Notes under the pieces: generated by a model | What the model saw: only the letters and a program-made list of their open reading frames with translations | What the model was told of the DNA's origin: nothing | The model's database searches: none | Position numbers and translations under genes: made by a program | Assembly (NCBI GenBank): GCA_010093815.1 | Contig: ML996565.1 | DNA from: Pseudovirgaria hyperparasitica | Lineage: Eukaryota | Strand: one strand, 5' to 3' | DNA: 64,000 nt | In this document: in pieces, positions 43,469-57,377 of the stretch | Position numbering within the stretch: the first letter of the stretch is position 1 | How the letters are laid out: each line of letters begins with the position of its first letter

Positions 43469-45508
43469 TAAATTTAATCTATAATCTAACTTATATAGAA
43501 AACGGAATAGGAACTTAGTAAGCTATAAAAAAACTAGGAAGGCCGGATATACTAAGAGAAACGGCTAAGTTAAAAAGAAAATCTCTTATATCTATTAGTA
43601 GCTTAGATAATAAGATATAAATATCTCTTAAAATTTAGCTCTATTAAAAATACTCTATTAAAGTACTAATTAATAGCGGAGTATAGTCTAATTTTATTTC
43701 TCTAACTATAGTAGATAAACTAAAAATACTCTATAATAGTAAAGAAGAACTATATAAATTATCTATATTTAAAGGACTTAATATAGAATATACTAATAGA
43801 ATAGTATACTTAGAAATAGAACCTCTAGATTTAGTCTTAATAGTAGAATACTAATAACTATAATTAGATATAGTAGAGCTAGAATAATATAACTTAATTC
43901 TAGGAATACTATAGCTCGAAGAAGTTAACCCTACGATTAACTAGAAAACTAAGGAAATTATACCCTAGAAAATATTAAGACCCTTAGAAACTATTAAAGA
44001 AGAAGTAGAGATTAATAAACCTATAAAGGCGCTAACGACTAGAAAGTCTATCTACTATATTTAGAAGCTTAATAATAAGTAAGGTAATATAAAGAGCGGA
44101 CCCTTATATAAGAAATATATAGTATAATAAGGTATACCTATAGATAAATAGATTTAAAAAATAAATAATATACTCGTACTAAAGAAATACTACTAATATT
44201 ATATTATCTTTAAAGAAGGACTTAAGATGGAACTACTAAAGCGTAGTCTATATAATTATATAATAATACTCTAACTAGGAATAGCACCTATATTTAAAAG
44301 TATATATTAACTTACTAAAAAATAACTAGAAATAACGCGATAATATATTAAGAAAATAGAAGTAAAAGAATATATCTAACCCTCTAAATTACCTATAGAA
44401 TATCTAATACTCTTTATACTAAAGAAAGATAAAAGTAAATAACCTTATATAGACTATTAATACTTAAATAATATTACTATTAAAAATAGATACTCTCTAC
44501 CCTAAATTAATAGATTATAGAACTAACTTATAGAAGCTTAGTACTTTACTATAATAGACTTATAAGAAGTCTATAATCTTATATATATAGTAGAAGAAGA
44601 TAAATAGAAAATAGCCTTTCGGACTTAATACGGCTACTATAAATATCTAGTAATACTATTTAGACTAACTAATATACTAGCTATATTCTAAGTACTAATT
44701 AATAATATACTAAGAGAATACCTTAACTACTTTATAATAGTCTACCTAGATAATATATTAATTTATTTAAGAAATCTATTAGAGTATAGAGAATATATAT
44801 ATAAGATACTTTAGAAATTATAAATAGTAAATCTACTAGTAGAATTAAAGAAGAGTATCTTCTATATATAGAAAGTTATATTTTTAGAATTTAAGATTAT
44901 ATCTAGAGAAATATAAATAGATCTAAAGAAAATTAAGGCTATTAAAAACTAGAAGTAATCTAAGATAGTTAAGGAAATCTAAGGATTTACTAGATTTATA
45001 AACTTTTATAGAAAATTTATATATAACTATTCTATAAAAACGGCTCTACTATATAAGCTTATAAAGAAAAATATAATATTTAAATAGGGACTAAAGTAAG
45101 AATAAGTATTTTAATAGCTAAAAGAGTCTATTATAACCGAACCTATATTAAAGATATATTAAATAGAAAAACCCTATAAAGTTAAGATAGATATATTAGA
45201 ATTCGCTATTAGAGGGTAGTTAACCTAGATAGATAAATAAGAGAAAAGATATTCTATAGTATTTCACTCCTGAAAGTTCTAAGGATTAGAAATAAACTAG
45301 CTAATCTATAAAAAAGAACTCTATACTATAATTAAATACCTTAAGGAATAGAGAAGCTATCTCTATAGATTAGACTATATAGTAAAAGTCTATACTAACT
45401 ATAAAAACCTAACTATCTTTACTATAATAAAGAAACTATAAAAGAAATAAATTAGTTAGTATAAGCTTCTTATAGAATTTAATATCTAAATTATATACTA
45501 TAAAGAAT

Positions 45509-48500
45509 GTAGGGTACCTATACTATTAAATATACGGAAAACTTCTCACACCCTAACGGACCAAACTAGTCAATTCGGGGCAAAACAGCGATTTACATAC
45601 ATTAAACGATAGAGTATACCGAGTATAATAACCTCCGATACACGTGTGTACGTATAGCGTATAATACGCGACGATACCGACGTATAGAGACACTATATAT
45701 ATACGCTCGAAGACTCTTCGATAATATAAGCATAGACTATATCTAATAAATACCGACACGCTAACCCCCTTTTATTAGTTAAGGGCTGCCCTTAACTAAT
45801 AACCATAGCGGCCTTAGGCATCGTAATACCCTAGTAGACGCCGGATATGCCCCCACTAGTACGGTAGAAACGGCCATATAGCGATATTAATGTGGATAGC
45901 TAGACACCTATCTAAAATATAGGTACTAACTAAGGGTGCGAAGCGCTATAGATAATCTAGACTAAGGGGACCCCGAGAGGGGAGACCCTCCTAGATAAAA
46001 TTAAATACTAGGTAATACGTATAGAGAGGGACGCCAAGGAGGGAAAGAAGACCCTCCTTTATATATTCCGGGACCTTATCCGGAACCTAAGAGAAATTAT
46101 AGAGGAAGAAAGGAAGTCGCCACGAGAGGAACCTAGTAGTAGACTTAACTAAATAGAAGCCAGCCTACGGAGAATCTAGGAAGAGCTATTCTAAGGTAAG
46201 CGCCCTAACACGTGGGCTTAGATTATAGTAACACCCGGAGCTACCGCACTAAGGACTACTAGGACCATAGATAGAGTATATAGTATACGTATTATAATCT
46301 AGGATAAGGACACGCTAGCGTAGATCTAATAGGCATCCCTAAAGGAAATTATAAATAAGATTAACGAATAGAAAGGAATGTAGTTAAGCGTTATGGCTAC
46401 TAAAGTTACGCTAGATAGGGTAGTACTTACTACTATAATAAATACTACGTAGTAAAACATCTCGCGAGATCCGAATATAATAGGTAGTATCTTCCCCGGC
46501 GCGTCTATTAGGGTAGCTATATACCCGATTATAGTATACGTAGTACCTATGCGGGGATAGGCTATCGGAGCGGAGGATATTACGCGTATAGAATAATCTA
46601 ACACGCGAAAATACCTAGGGATTAAGATCGTGAAAGCGTGGTAGAAGAACCCATAGGCGATTAAGACGACGGCGAAAAAACACTCTACTATAATTATAGA
46701 GCTCCGAGACCCCGCCCTCGTATAATATATTATATAGAAGGGATTTCTAATAGAAGGAGAGCTCCTTATAGCCGAGCTATAGGATAGGATATAGGTAATA
46801 ATATAGTGCTTTAACTATTAAGGGTATAGATATACTATATAAAGGTACTTATAGAAGACTAAGTACGGATAGTACCGTAGAGACTACGCTATCTAGAAGT
46901 ACCCTTATAAACCGCGAGGAGACGGACCAAGAAATAGAGACATAGTATAGTGTTTAAACTACGATGGGAAACACCCGTTATAGTCGTTAACGTGTATAAA
47001 ATATAAATAGGTCATAGAATATATTCGTACGATAAAAGCAAGAGACGTAAGATAGTTATAGAATATAATACCTACTATAAGCCCTTTCTTTATAATACCC
47101 CTAACCTCCCCTCCGGAAGATAGTTAGACGGGATAGTAGACTATCCTAAAGACGATAGGACGACTAAAAGGTATAGTTAAAGCCGCTACCGCGCGAGGAT
47201 AGTCGCGCCTCTAAGGAATAAGTATATAGATATATATACTCCCTAGTACCTAATGAGGGACTAGAATATACTCTAAATTATATAGGTAAACATATAATAT
47301 AAAAGAGAGAACTAGGCGATACTCCTTAAAGAGACCGGGGCTATAATACTCGCCATCTAGAAACCCTATAAATACTACTAGACGAGTAAACTAACCACAT
47401 ACCCCGGATACCATACTATACACCCTCTAGGACTAGAAAGATGAGTCCTCTTCCACATTTATAGGTTAATACTACTCTTATTATAGTCGTATACCGAGCG
47501 CGATAACCTTAGGATAATACTATACCTATAAATAGATATAGGCCCCCTATATATATATAATATATATAACTAATAACGTGTACTTATACTAGACGAGATG
47601 CTCGAGGGTACTACGGAACTAGGGTAACATATCCTCCTAGGAGACTTTAACCTCTACTACTAATGGTAGGGAGGCCTAGCCGTAGTAAGGGAAGAACTTA
47701 GAGCAAGGGAACTACGCACCCGCTGCCACGACTTCCTATACCTACTTACACCTATAGAATAAGTTATATAGAAAAAATATAAATAGGACGAAGACGGGTC
47801 TATACTTAACCTTACCTTTGCCACGGAGTATATTAGTTACCGGATCTAATACTACCGCCTAAGCTAGGTATAGACGGATTCCGACCACGAATATATAGAA
47901 ACCGTAATAAACGTATATACCCCGAATAAATAATGGGGATAATAGATATAGAAGGATACCGACTAGGAAAAGTACCTAAAGGACCTAGAATCGGCGATCC
48001 TAGATCCCTCTATAGTCGATATATCTAACGACCTAGCCATAGACTAGGCCGTATAGATACTTCTATAAATATACTAGAATGCGAGAAATAAACACGTACT
48101 ATACCGAATATACCGGCCCCCGGAAGTAAAGGGGATTCCTCGAGTGCGGGAAAGTAGATAAGACGCCTAAAGGCTATATATATACATATACTATACGAGA
48201 ACACCCGAGTCGTAGGAAGAATAGAAGGAAGTAATACGATAACGCAATAAAGTTCTCCGTAACGAAAGGCGTAAATAGTGGCGTATAATTACTAGTTAAT
48301 AGATATAATACGTAATAGGGCTATGGCGCATGGCGAAATGGGCCAAGGGCGTAGATACTCCGACACCCCCGCTACTTATACCTCCCCTAATATATTAGGG
48401 GAGAATATACTCCACGAGCCTTAAGAAAACTAAGGCCCTACGGGAGGCCATATTCCCTCTCCCGGAACTAGTAGACCTATTAGACGTTCACGGCGCCGAA

Positions 48501-50817
48501 TATCTATACACGGTAGATATCCCCAAAGAAGTTACGGAGGAGAATATACTTAATATTATTAAGATACTCCTAAATGATAAAGCACCCGGACTAGATGGAA
48601 TTCTAAATCGATGCCTAAAAAGTACTATAAAAGCGACCCTACCGCTTATTACTTATATATTCTAAGCATGCGTCACGTAGGGGTACCACCCCTAGAGCTT
48701 CCGAGTTATCTATACTATTATACTCCCGAAACTAGGAAAGAGCCCTAACTCCCTAAAGGGATAGAGACTAATCACCCTTCTCTCCTACCTAGGTAAGATA
48801 CTAGAGGCTATAGTAGCGAAGAAGATGAGTACCGCGGTATAGGAATATAATCTCCTCCCTCCGAACCAGAAGGCAAAGGTAGATAGCTCCCTAATAATAG
48901 CTATCTAATATATTATCGAAGTCGTCTAGGCCGTATAGAAACAGGGACGGGTAGTATCGCTCCTCTCCCTCGATATGGCCGGAGCGTTTAATAAGGTAAA
49001 CTATATAAGACTTATTTATAACCTCTAGATAAGACGAATACTAGAATGGATTACACGCTTTATATAGTTATTCCTTATAGGAAGAATAACTTAGATATAT
49101 ATCCCTAGGTACTAGAGCGAATATAAAGAGACGGTATACGGCATCCTATAAGGGAGCACCATCTCTCCGATTCTATTCCTCTTCTTTACGGTAGACCTTC
49201 TTTAAGGAATAAAGTATATAGAGATAGTCGGATACGCCGATAATATATACCTCCTAGCCATTAATAATAATACTAACCGAACGTGTAGACGACTAGAATA
49301 GGACTACGAGAGGTGCCTCTAGTAGGTAAAACGCTATAGAGTAAAGTTCGCCCCGGAGAAATACTAGCTTATGCACTTTATTAACCGTTAAGGGAAATAG
49401 GTAACTAGGGAAGGCGAATAACGCCCCCGAATCGACGCATTTAACGAACTACTAGTATAAAGCATGCGCGCGCTCGGAGTTATACTAGATAGTAAGCTTA
49501 AATAGGGACCATAAGTAGTATACACCGTCTCTAGGGCCCTCTAGATAGAAGCTACTATATAATGGATTATAGCCTCCACGTAGGGAACCGCCTAGGATAA
49601 GGCACGCTAGCTATATATATCTATAGCACGACCCGCCTTTACGTATAGACACGAGTGCTAGTACACGGCCCTTATATAGACTAGGCGAATAAAGCTCGAA
49701 TCTATATAGAACCGTATACTCCGTCTTATATTAGGCGTATATAAAGCTACTAATACGGTACTACTACGACGCGAGATAGACGTTATAAGTATATATAACT
49801 TCTACTAGATATAGAGAGTGGTATACTTTACTAAATAATAAGTATAGGAACGTATAGGAAACGTAGAATATACTTTCGCCGCGCTACGTATACGAATTAG
49901 CATATATTACCGCGCACTCCTATATATAGGCCGGAATTAAATACGGTATAGATGCTTAATAGAAGCCGACTCTAGCTAAGTAGTATAAGAAGTCCGAGAT
50001 AACCTAGACGCTCTTCTAGACTAGTAGAGCCTTTAAGAACTTATAAAAAATATACGGTCGTAGACTTAAGATAAGTAGAAAGAGGTACTCCGTGCCTACT
50101 AGACCTCCTAATAGAATAGATACCTAGAGTAGATTTGAGGGCCATGGAAGGAACTAAGTAAATGGATGTATAAAGGGCTAACGAAAGTCTAAGCATCTAT
50201 ACTTATCTAAGCCCGAACGGGCGCTATAGAACTCCTATACTATATCTATAAGAGAGGCGTTCCCGATACCTCCCTATGGTATAAGGCGTGTGGCCGGAGA
50301 GGTATAATACGCTACTATCTAGCTATATACCCTAACCTCTATATATAATAGTAATAGCTTATCTATATTACGAAGACTTTAGATATCGTACGATAGCTTA
50401 ATAAGTACCCTAAGGATGTCTCCTAATAGATACTTATATATCTACTACTCCTCTAGTACTAGTGGACCCGGAAATATATACCGGAAGAGACCCGGTATAC
50501 GCCGGTAGTAACCCGATATATACCGGAAGAACCCTAGGAGAACCCCGATTATTAGTTAAGGGTAGCCCTTAACTAATAACCTCCGCATCTATACGTGCTG
50601 CCTAAGGGCGAAATAATAGTAATATAGGCTATAGGCTAATAGGCGTACCCTATGGCTATATACTTAAGACGAAATAGAGGTTTAATGAGATGTAGTTATA
50701 GACATAAGGAAGTTTTTCTCTATGGGGTTTCTTCTTATATAGTGGCTTAGACTAGAGAAGGCATTGGCCTATAGAGTACTACTCTACCTAGTTATATAAT
50801 ATTATTATTATTATTAT
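45509..50817 (+). mobile_element. Full-length LINE copy 2
   Basis: 15-bp TSD tatactataaagaat at 45494-45508 and 50818-50832, (TAT)n tail, TAATG ORF1/ORF2 junction at 47251, GYADD ~49230. Confidence 0.95.
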
Positions 50818-52329
50818 TATACTATAAAGAATCTAAAAATAGAAGAGCTAACGCTCTTAGCTAATAAGTAGAATATAAATAAAAAGAACCTACTATAGAA
50901 TAGACTATATTAGAGATTACTAAAGATAGAAACCTTAGACTAATATAATATATTATAGTAATATAAAAAGAATTTATACTTAAGAACCCTAAGAGAAGAA
51001 GTATAATCCCTAGAGATAAGGCCTACTATTTTATTAAAGAATTCTATAAAGATCTAATATATAGATATTAAAGAGAAATAAAAACTTATAAAAGATTTAA
51101 GAGATACTATATAACTTATAAGGAAAGATAAGTTATTAAGGAAGTTATATAGAACTACGTTCTATATAATAAAAGCTAATCTAATAGATATAAACTATAT
51201 AGAGAACTCTAACTAATTCCTCTACTATTATATACTTAGGAAATAATCTCTATAGATTTTATAATAGACCTACTACTCTTAAGAGAACTAGTCTTATAAG
51301 TATAGTATAATACTATACTAGTAGTAGTTAATAAACTTATAAAGTATATCTACTTTATACTCTATTAAAAGAATATAGATATAAAAGAAATAGTCTATAT
51401 ATTTCTATAAGTAGTTATAGTAAACTATAGTTTATCTAATAGTATTATATCTAATAGAGATAAGCTCTTTATATTAAATTTTTAGAAAAGCCTAGTATAA
51501 TAGCTTAGAATAAACTACTAACTATTAATAGTCTATTATCTATAGACGGATAGATAAATAGAGATTCTAAATAGAACACTAGAACAATATCTATAATACT
51601 ATATTAATAAATAGTAAGATAATTAGATAGAACTACTACTACTAGCTTAATTCATCTATAATAGCGCGATAACCTTAATAACTAAAACCTTACTATTCTA
51701 TATAAACTATAGATTTAACTCTATAGCTAGCTATAATTATAAACTAGAATAATCTATACCGAAAGTAAAGATTAAGGTAGAATAACTATATAAACTATAT
51801 ATAGAGCTATAAACTAAACTTTCCTTTATAAATAAAAGAATAGTAAAATATATAAACTAAAAGAGAATAAAGGGACTAACTCTAAGGGGGGAAGACCTAG
51901 TATTCCTTATATAAAAAAATATTAAGATATAATAACTAAATAGTAAACTAGACTTTAAGAAGATTAGACCTTTCTAAATAAAATAAAAAATTTTAGAAGT
52001 TAATTATAAACTATCTTTACCTTAGAATATAAGAATATACCTAGTATTTTATATCTTATTACTAGAACTAGTACTATATAATATAAAAGTCGAAACTAAT
52101 ATTAAAGCTATAGATAAAGAATTTAAAGTTAAAAAGATTCTAGAATCTAGAATTAGTAATAAAATATTAGAGTATCTAATTAAGTAGAAGGGCTATAGAC
52201 ACGAATTAAATACTTAGGAACCTAGAGAATATTTAATAAACTACTAGTAACTATTACGGAAGTTCTATTAAATAAACCTAGATTTACCTAGTTCTCTATA
52301 CTAAGCTAAGAATTATTAAAACCTAAGGG

Positions 52330-52864
52330 AGGATTTAGAACCTCCTTAATAGTAACTCTCTATTATTATTTAAGTTACTTCTCCTTCTCCTTAAGATCTA
52401 TTACTAATAGATTCTAATAAAGTATATTATTTTAATAACGCTCTAATAGCTTCTACTATTTCTCTAGATACTCTAGACGCGTAAAGGCGGTCTAAGTATT
52501 CTACTAAGCTTTTCGCTAAGTAGCGGCTATATATTCTTTCTCTAGCTTAAGATAAGTCTTTTTAGAATAAATCTTCTTATCTAGAAATATTACTTACTAG
52601 CTCTAATAAAAAGAAAGAGAACTTATAAGATAACTTACTTAAAGCCTTAATTCTATACTTACTTACTAAACGACTCTAATAAATATACTCTAAATACTTA
52701 TCGGACTTTATAAATACTACCCTATAGATTAAGCTATATTTCTTATAAAATAAGTAAGGAAAAGGTATTTCATCCCCTTTATAATTAATTAAAATAGATA
52801 GAGTAACTCTCTATTTTACTAGATTAGATTTAGAAGACTTAACTAATTTTATAACTCTAGATAT
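52330..52864 (-). pseudogene. Antisense accessory ORF of Gypsy A, Zn(II)2Cys6-like
   Basis: The minus frame reads G D E M P F P C S F C K K H G L I C x9 C S E C x9 C after restoring TAT/TAC to Cys, i.e. C-x2-C-x6-C-x9-C-x2-C-x9-C (~52756-52655). A charged helical segment follows. The 3' end is uncertain. Confidence 0.7.
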
Positions 52865-52973
52865 AACGGAAGAAAAGGAAGAAGGGCTCCTTACCAAAGG
52901 AAGTTAGAATAACTCTCTACTTATAAGTAGCTATAGAAGTACTTTAGGACGAAGTACCTTAGAAGGGGTATTA

Positions 52974-53502
52974 TATAATAAATTACTAGCTAGGACTATA
53001 GGGGGATATATAGACTCTAGCACGAGTAGTATAAGAGATAGTATAATATATAGAAGAGGCGTCTATAATATAATAGATAGCTTTAGATAATAATCTAAGG
53101 CTAAGATAGATATCTATAGAGAGAGCTAATTATAGGTACTTAGAATAGGTATTCTAAGTAGTCTACTAGGTAATTAGAAATAGAATATTAGTATTCTAAG
53201 TAACATACTAAATACTTAGAATAAGTATTCTAATTAGAGAACCTTAGTAGAACTATATAGACCCTTTAGACCCGATCTCTAGAGATAGTTCTATAGTAAT
53301 TAATTTAAACTTATACTAATATAATTACTACTTTACTCGCCGACTAGCTAGTTACTATTTATACTCTATTAATACTTATTATAAACCTACTTATACTCTT
53401 CTAAGCTTTCTAAGTATCTTTATCTTTAGAAAAGCTAGAACACTCTATATAACGGACTACTTTATAGATAAGCCGCATCCTTATTAGAGAAGGTTTATTA
53501 TA
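52974..53502 (+). repeat. 3' LTR, Gypsy A
   Basis: Direct repeat of 35857-36385. Confidence 0.95.
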
Positions 53503-53954
53503 TAATAATACTAGTTTAATATATAAATACCTTAAATAAGACTATAAGAGATATATCTAGTAGATAAAGTACCATAGAGTAAAGTTCGCCTCTAAGAAAT
53601 ACTAACTTATATACTTTATTAACTACTATAGAAGATAGACTACTAAGGAAGAAGAGCGACGTTCTAGGATAGATACTTTTACTAAACTACTAATATAGAG
53701 TATATATATACTTAGTATTATAATTAATAATAAACTTAAATAGAGTCTATAGATTATATATATAGTATCTAGGGCTATTAAGATAGAAGCTACTATACGC
53801 CGGATTATAGTCTCTATATAGAGAACTACCTAGAATAAGGCGCGCTAGTTATATATCTCTATAGCACGACCCGCCTTTATATATAGATATAAGTACTAGT
53901 ATATAGCCCTTATATAGACTAGGTAAATAAAGCTTAAGTCTATATAGAACTATA
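53503..53954 (+). mobile_element. LINE copy 4, part 2
   Basis: Resumes exactly where part 1 stopped. Confidence 0.9.
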
Positions 53955-56176
53955 ATAATAATAATAATAATAATAATATTATATAACTAGGTAGAGTAGT
54001 ACTCTATAGGCCTATGCCTCCTCTAGTCTAAGCTACTATATAAGAAGAAACCTAAGAGGGGAAAACTTCCTTATATCGATAATTACATCTCGTTAAACCT
54101 TTATTTCTTCTTAAGTATATAGCCATAGGGTACACCTATTAGCCTATAGCCTATATTACCGTTATTTTACCCTTAGGCAGCACGTATAGGTGCGGAGGTT
54201 ATTAGTTAAGGGGTTCTTCCGGTATATACCGGGTTTCCTCCGATATATACTAGGTTCCTTCCGGTATATATTTCTAGGTCTACTAGAATTAGAGGAGTAG
54301 TAGGTGTATAATTATCTACCGGGCGACTTCCTTAGGGTACTTATTAAGCTATCGTACGATATTAGAGGTTCTTATTATATAGATAAGCTTCTACCTTTAC
54401 GTATAAAGATCGGGGTATATTATAAGATAGTAGCGTATTATACCTCTCCGGCCGCACGCCTTATACTATAGAGATACATTAGGGACGCCTCTCTTATAGA
54501 GGTAGTATAGAAGTTCTATAGCGCCCGTTCGGGCTTAGAGGAGTATAGATACCTAGGCCTTTATAAGCCCTTTATATATCTATTTACTCGGCTCCTTCCA
54601 TAGTCCTCGGATCTACTCTAGGTACCTATTCTACTAGGAGGCCTACTAGGCCCGGAGTATCTCTTTCTACTTATCTTAGATCTATAACTATATACTTCGT
54701 CCGAGCTCTCGAAGGCTCTATTAGTCTAGAAGGGTATCTAGGTTATCCTTAATCTCTTATACTACTTAGTTTAAGTCTATTTCTATCGGGTACTTATACC
54801 GTAGTTAAGTCCGGCCTATATATAAGAGTGCTTAGTAGTATATACTAACTCGCGCGCGTAGCGCGGCGAAGGTATATTCTATATTTTCTATACGTTTCTA
54901 TACTTATTATTTAGTAAAGTATACTACCCTCTATATCTAGTAGAAGTTATATATACTTATAACGTCTATCTCGCGTCGTAGTAGCACCGTGTTAGTAGCT
55001 TTATATACGCCTAATATAAGATAGAGTATACGGTTCTATATGGATTCGAGCTTTATTCGCCTAGTCTATATAAGGGCTATATACTAGCACTCGTGTCCAT
55101 ACGTAAAGGCGGGTCGTGCTATAGATATATATAGCTAGCGTGCCTTATCCTAGGCGGTTCCCCACGTAGAGGCTATAATCTATTATATAGCGGCTTCTAC
55201 CTAGAGGGCCCTAGAAACGGTGTATACTACCTATAGTCCCTATTTAAGCTTATTATCGATCATGACGCTAAGTACGTATATACTTTATATCGGCGGTTCG
55301 TCGAAGGCGTCTATTCTAGAGCATTGCTTGCCTTCTCTAGTAGCCTATTTCCTATAGTAGTTAATAAAGTACATGAGTTAGTACTTTTCGGGGGCGAACT
55401 TTACTCTATAGCGCTTTGCCTATTAGACGTATCTCCCGTGGTCTTATTTAAGTCGTCTATATATTTAGCTAGTATTATTATTAATAGCTAGAAGATATAT
55501 ATCGTCTACGTATTCTACTACCTCTATATATTATATTCCCTAGAGAAGGTCTATAGTAAAGAAGAGGAAGAGGATCGGAGAGATAGTACTTTCTTATAGG
55601 ATACCGTAAGCCGTCTTCTTATACTTACTTTAATATCCGGGGATATATATCTAGGTAACTCTTTCGGCGAGGAAGGACTATATAAACCGCGTAATCCACG
55701 CGGGTATACGCCTCTTCCGTAAGTTATACATAAGTCTTATATGGTTTACTTTATTAAATGCGCCGGCCATATTAAGGGAGAGTAGCGTTACTATACGTCC
55801 CTACTTCCATACGGTCTAGATGACTTTAAGAATATATTAGATAGTAGTAATTAGGGAGCTTCTAGCCTTCGCCTTCTAGTTTACTAGGAGGAGGTTATAT
55901 TCCTATACTACGGCGCTTATCTTCTTCGCGATCGTGGCCTCTAGTATCTTCCCGAGATAGAAGAGGAGGGTAATTAGCCTCTATTCTTTTAGGGAGCTAG
56001 GGTTCTTCCCTAGTTTCGGGAGTATAACGGTATAGGCGGCCCGGAAGCTTTAGGGGTGGTATCCGTTCTTAATACATGCTTAAAATATATAACTAATGAG
56101 CGGTAGAGTAGCTAGTATAGTACGTTTAAGACATCTATTCGGTATTCTATCCGGTCCGGGTACCTTATTATTCGGG
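53955..56176 (-). mobile_element. 5'-truncated LINE copy 5 (same subfamily as copy 1)
   Basis: (ATA)n tail at 53955. Reverse complement of ~7965-10176. Homology ends at ...ttattcggg (56176). Confidence 0.93.
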
Positions 56177-57377
56177 CCTCTAGTTCGAAGTCGGATAACT
56201 CCTATAGGTTTGACGTGCCCTATACTATTAGGCCCTACTCCTATTTTCGCCTTATCTCATCCCCTTTAGGCTTATACCTCCGGCTCTACTAGAAGAGGGG
56301 CACGACGCCTTATCTAGCTAGGAAACTACGAGGTTTACTCCTTAAACTTATATTACTAGCATGCGTGCCTAGCGACACGTTCTATCTCTTTATAAATCGA
56401 TACGCGCATCCGTTCTCTCGGGCCATATAGTAGTCTCCCCGGCTAGAATATAATCCCGTCTACTTCTAGATATACTAAAGGTTAGAGCCTATTAAAGGGG
56501 TGAGGTCCTTAGAGCTAGTAGTTACTACTATATACCACGCCCCGCCTTTAAGTATAGCTACTATCCGGTTTCGCGTTACCTATGAGGATCTCTCTACGAT
56601 AGGCCGACCGTGTCTTATAGGCGAGCATCCTTTAAATTCTATACGTATATACTCGCGTGACGCGCCTAGGCGACTTAAGCATCCTCTATCTACTAACCCG
56701 ACTTATTTCTACTACTTTTTAATGGGTCCCTATAGCCGCCTCTTGCCTATGTCCGTGTACTATTATCTATGTATACTAGCGCCCTACCTTCTATGGTAGA
56801 CTATAATATCTCTCGTACACGGGAGCCGCTCTATCTATCCTAGACCTAAGCGGTATCCCGTATCGAGCGAAAGGTCTTAATAGAGTCGCGCTACTAGTGG
56901 TCGCGCTAGGCGTCTTAATAAACGTAGTTTAATACTATAGGAGAGTTAGCCTTAATAAGTTCATCCGTAGTAGTTTATAGTTGCCCTTAACGTGATTTCT
57001 CGCTAATCCTTACGTACCTAGAGCTATTTAAGCCTCAAGGTGTCCTATCGCGCTACTAGGACTTCCGCTTTCTCTACCCACATAGTAAGGTAGATTTAGG
57101 CCTGCTTTCGATACCGTAGTAGCGCGTTAGGTGGTTTTCTTATCCCGGTATCCTCGTAGACTCCTCTTAACGCGTTAATTAAGAATAGGATAGAAGTATA
57201 TACTATCCTAGCTGGTTTATTACGGTGTGGTCCCTATAGAGTAACGCGTCGCAAAAACTCTATAACCATCTACCTAGCGACGACGAGGTCGCCATTAACG
57301 CCGCTCCGAATCTCTTACTACCTCCGAAGAGGCATTGCCTAGCTACGATAACGTGGACGCGGTTTGTGAGACTTCAT
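56177..57377. other. 1.2-kb non-LINE sequence fused to the 5' end of LINE copy 5
   Basis: No similarity seen to the other LINE copies. Lies inside the 18-bp TSD agtctatatagaactata (53937-53954 and 57378-57395). Confidence 0.85.

Larger units (their letters stand above)
35857..53502 (+). mobile_element. Full-length Gypsy chromovirus family A, copy 1, with two nested LINEs
   Basis: 529-bp LTRs at 35857-36385 and 52974-53502. TSD TAATA at 35852-35856 and 53503-53507. PPT agaagggg. Gag knuckle ~37316-37360, protease LIDSG ~43666, RT VYLDDIL ~44740, integrase ~51240-51700, chromodomain ~52119-52222. Confidence 0.95.

Noticed and set aside
39438..46604. Supplied ORFs 39438-39641, 45553-45759 and 46326-46604
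   Set aside because: They are antisense shadows of LINE copies. The similarity between 45553-45759 and 4914-5252 only reflects LINE homology.
56500..56799. 99-aa ORF in the captured segment
   Set aside because: GTG start and no recognisable motif. Several frames on both strands look equally plausible, so no product is assigned.
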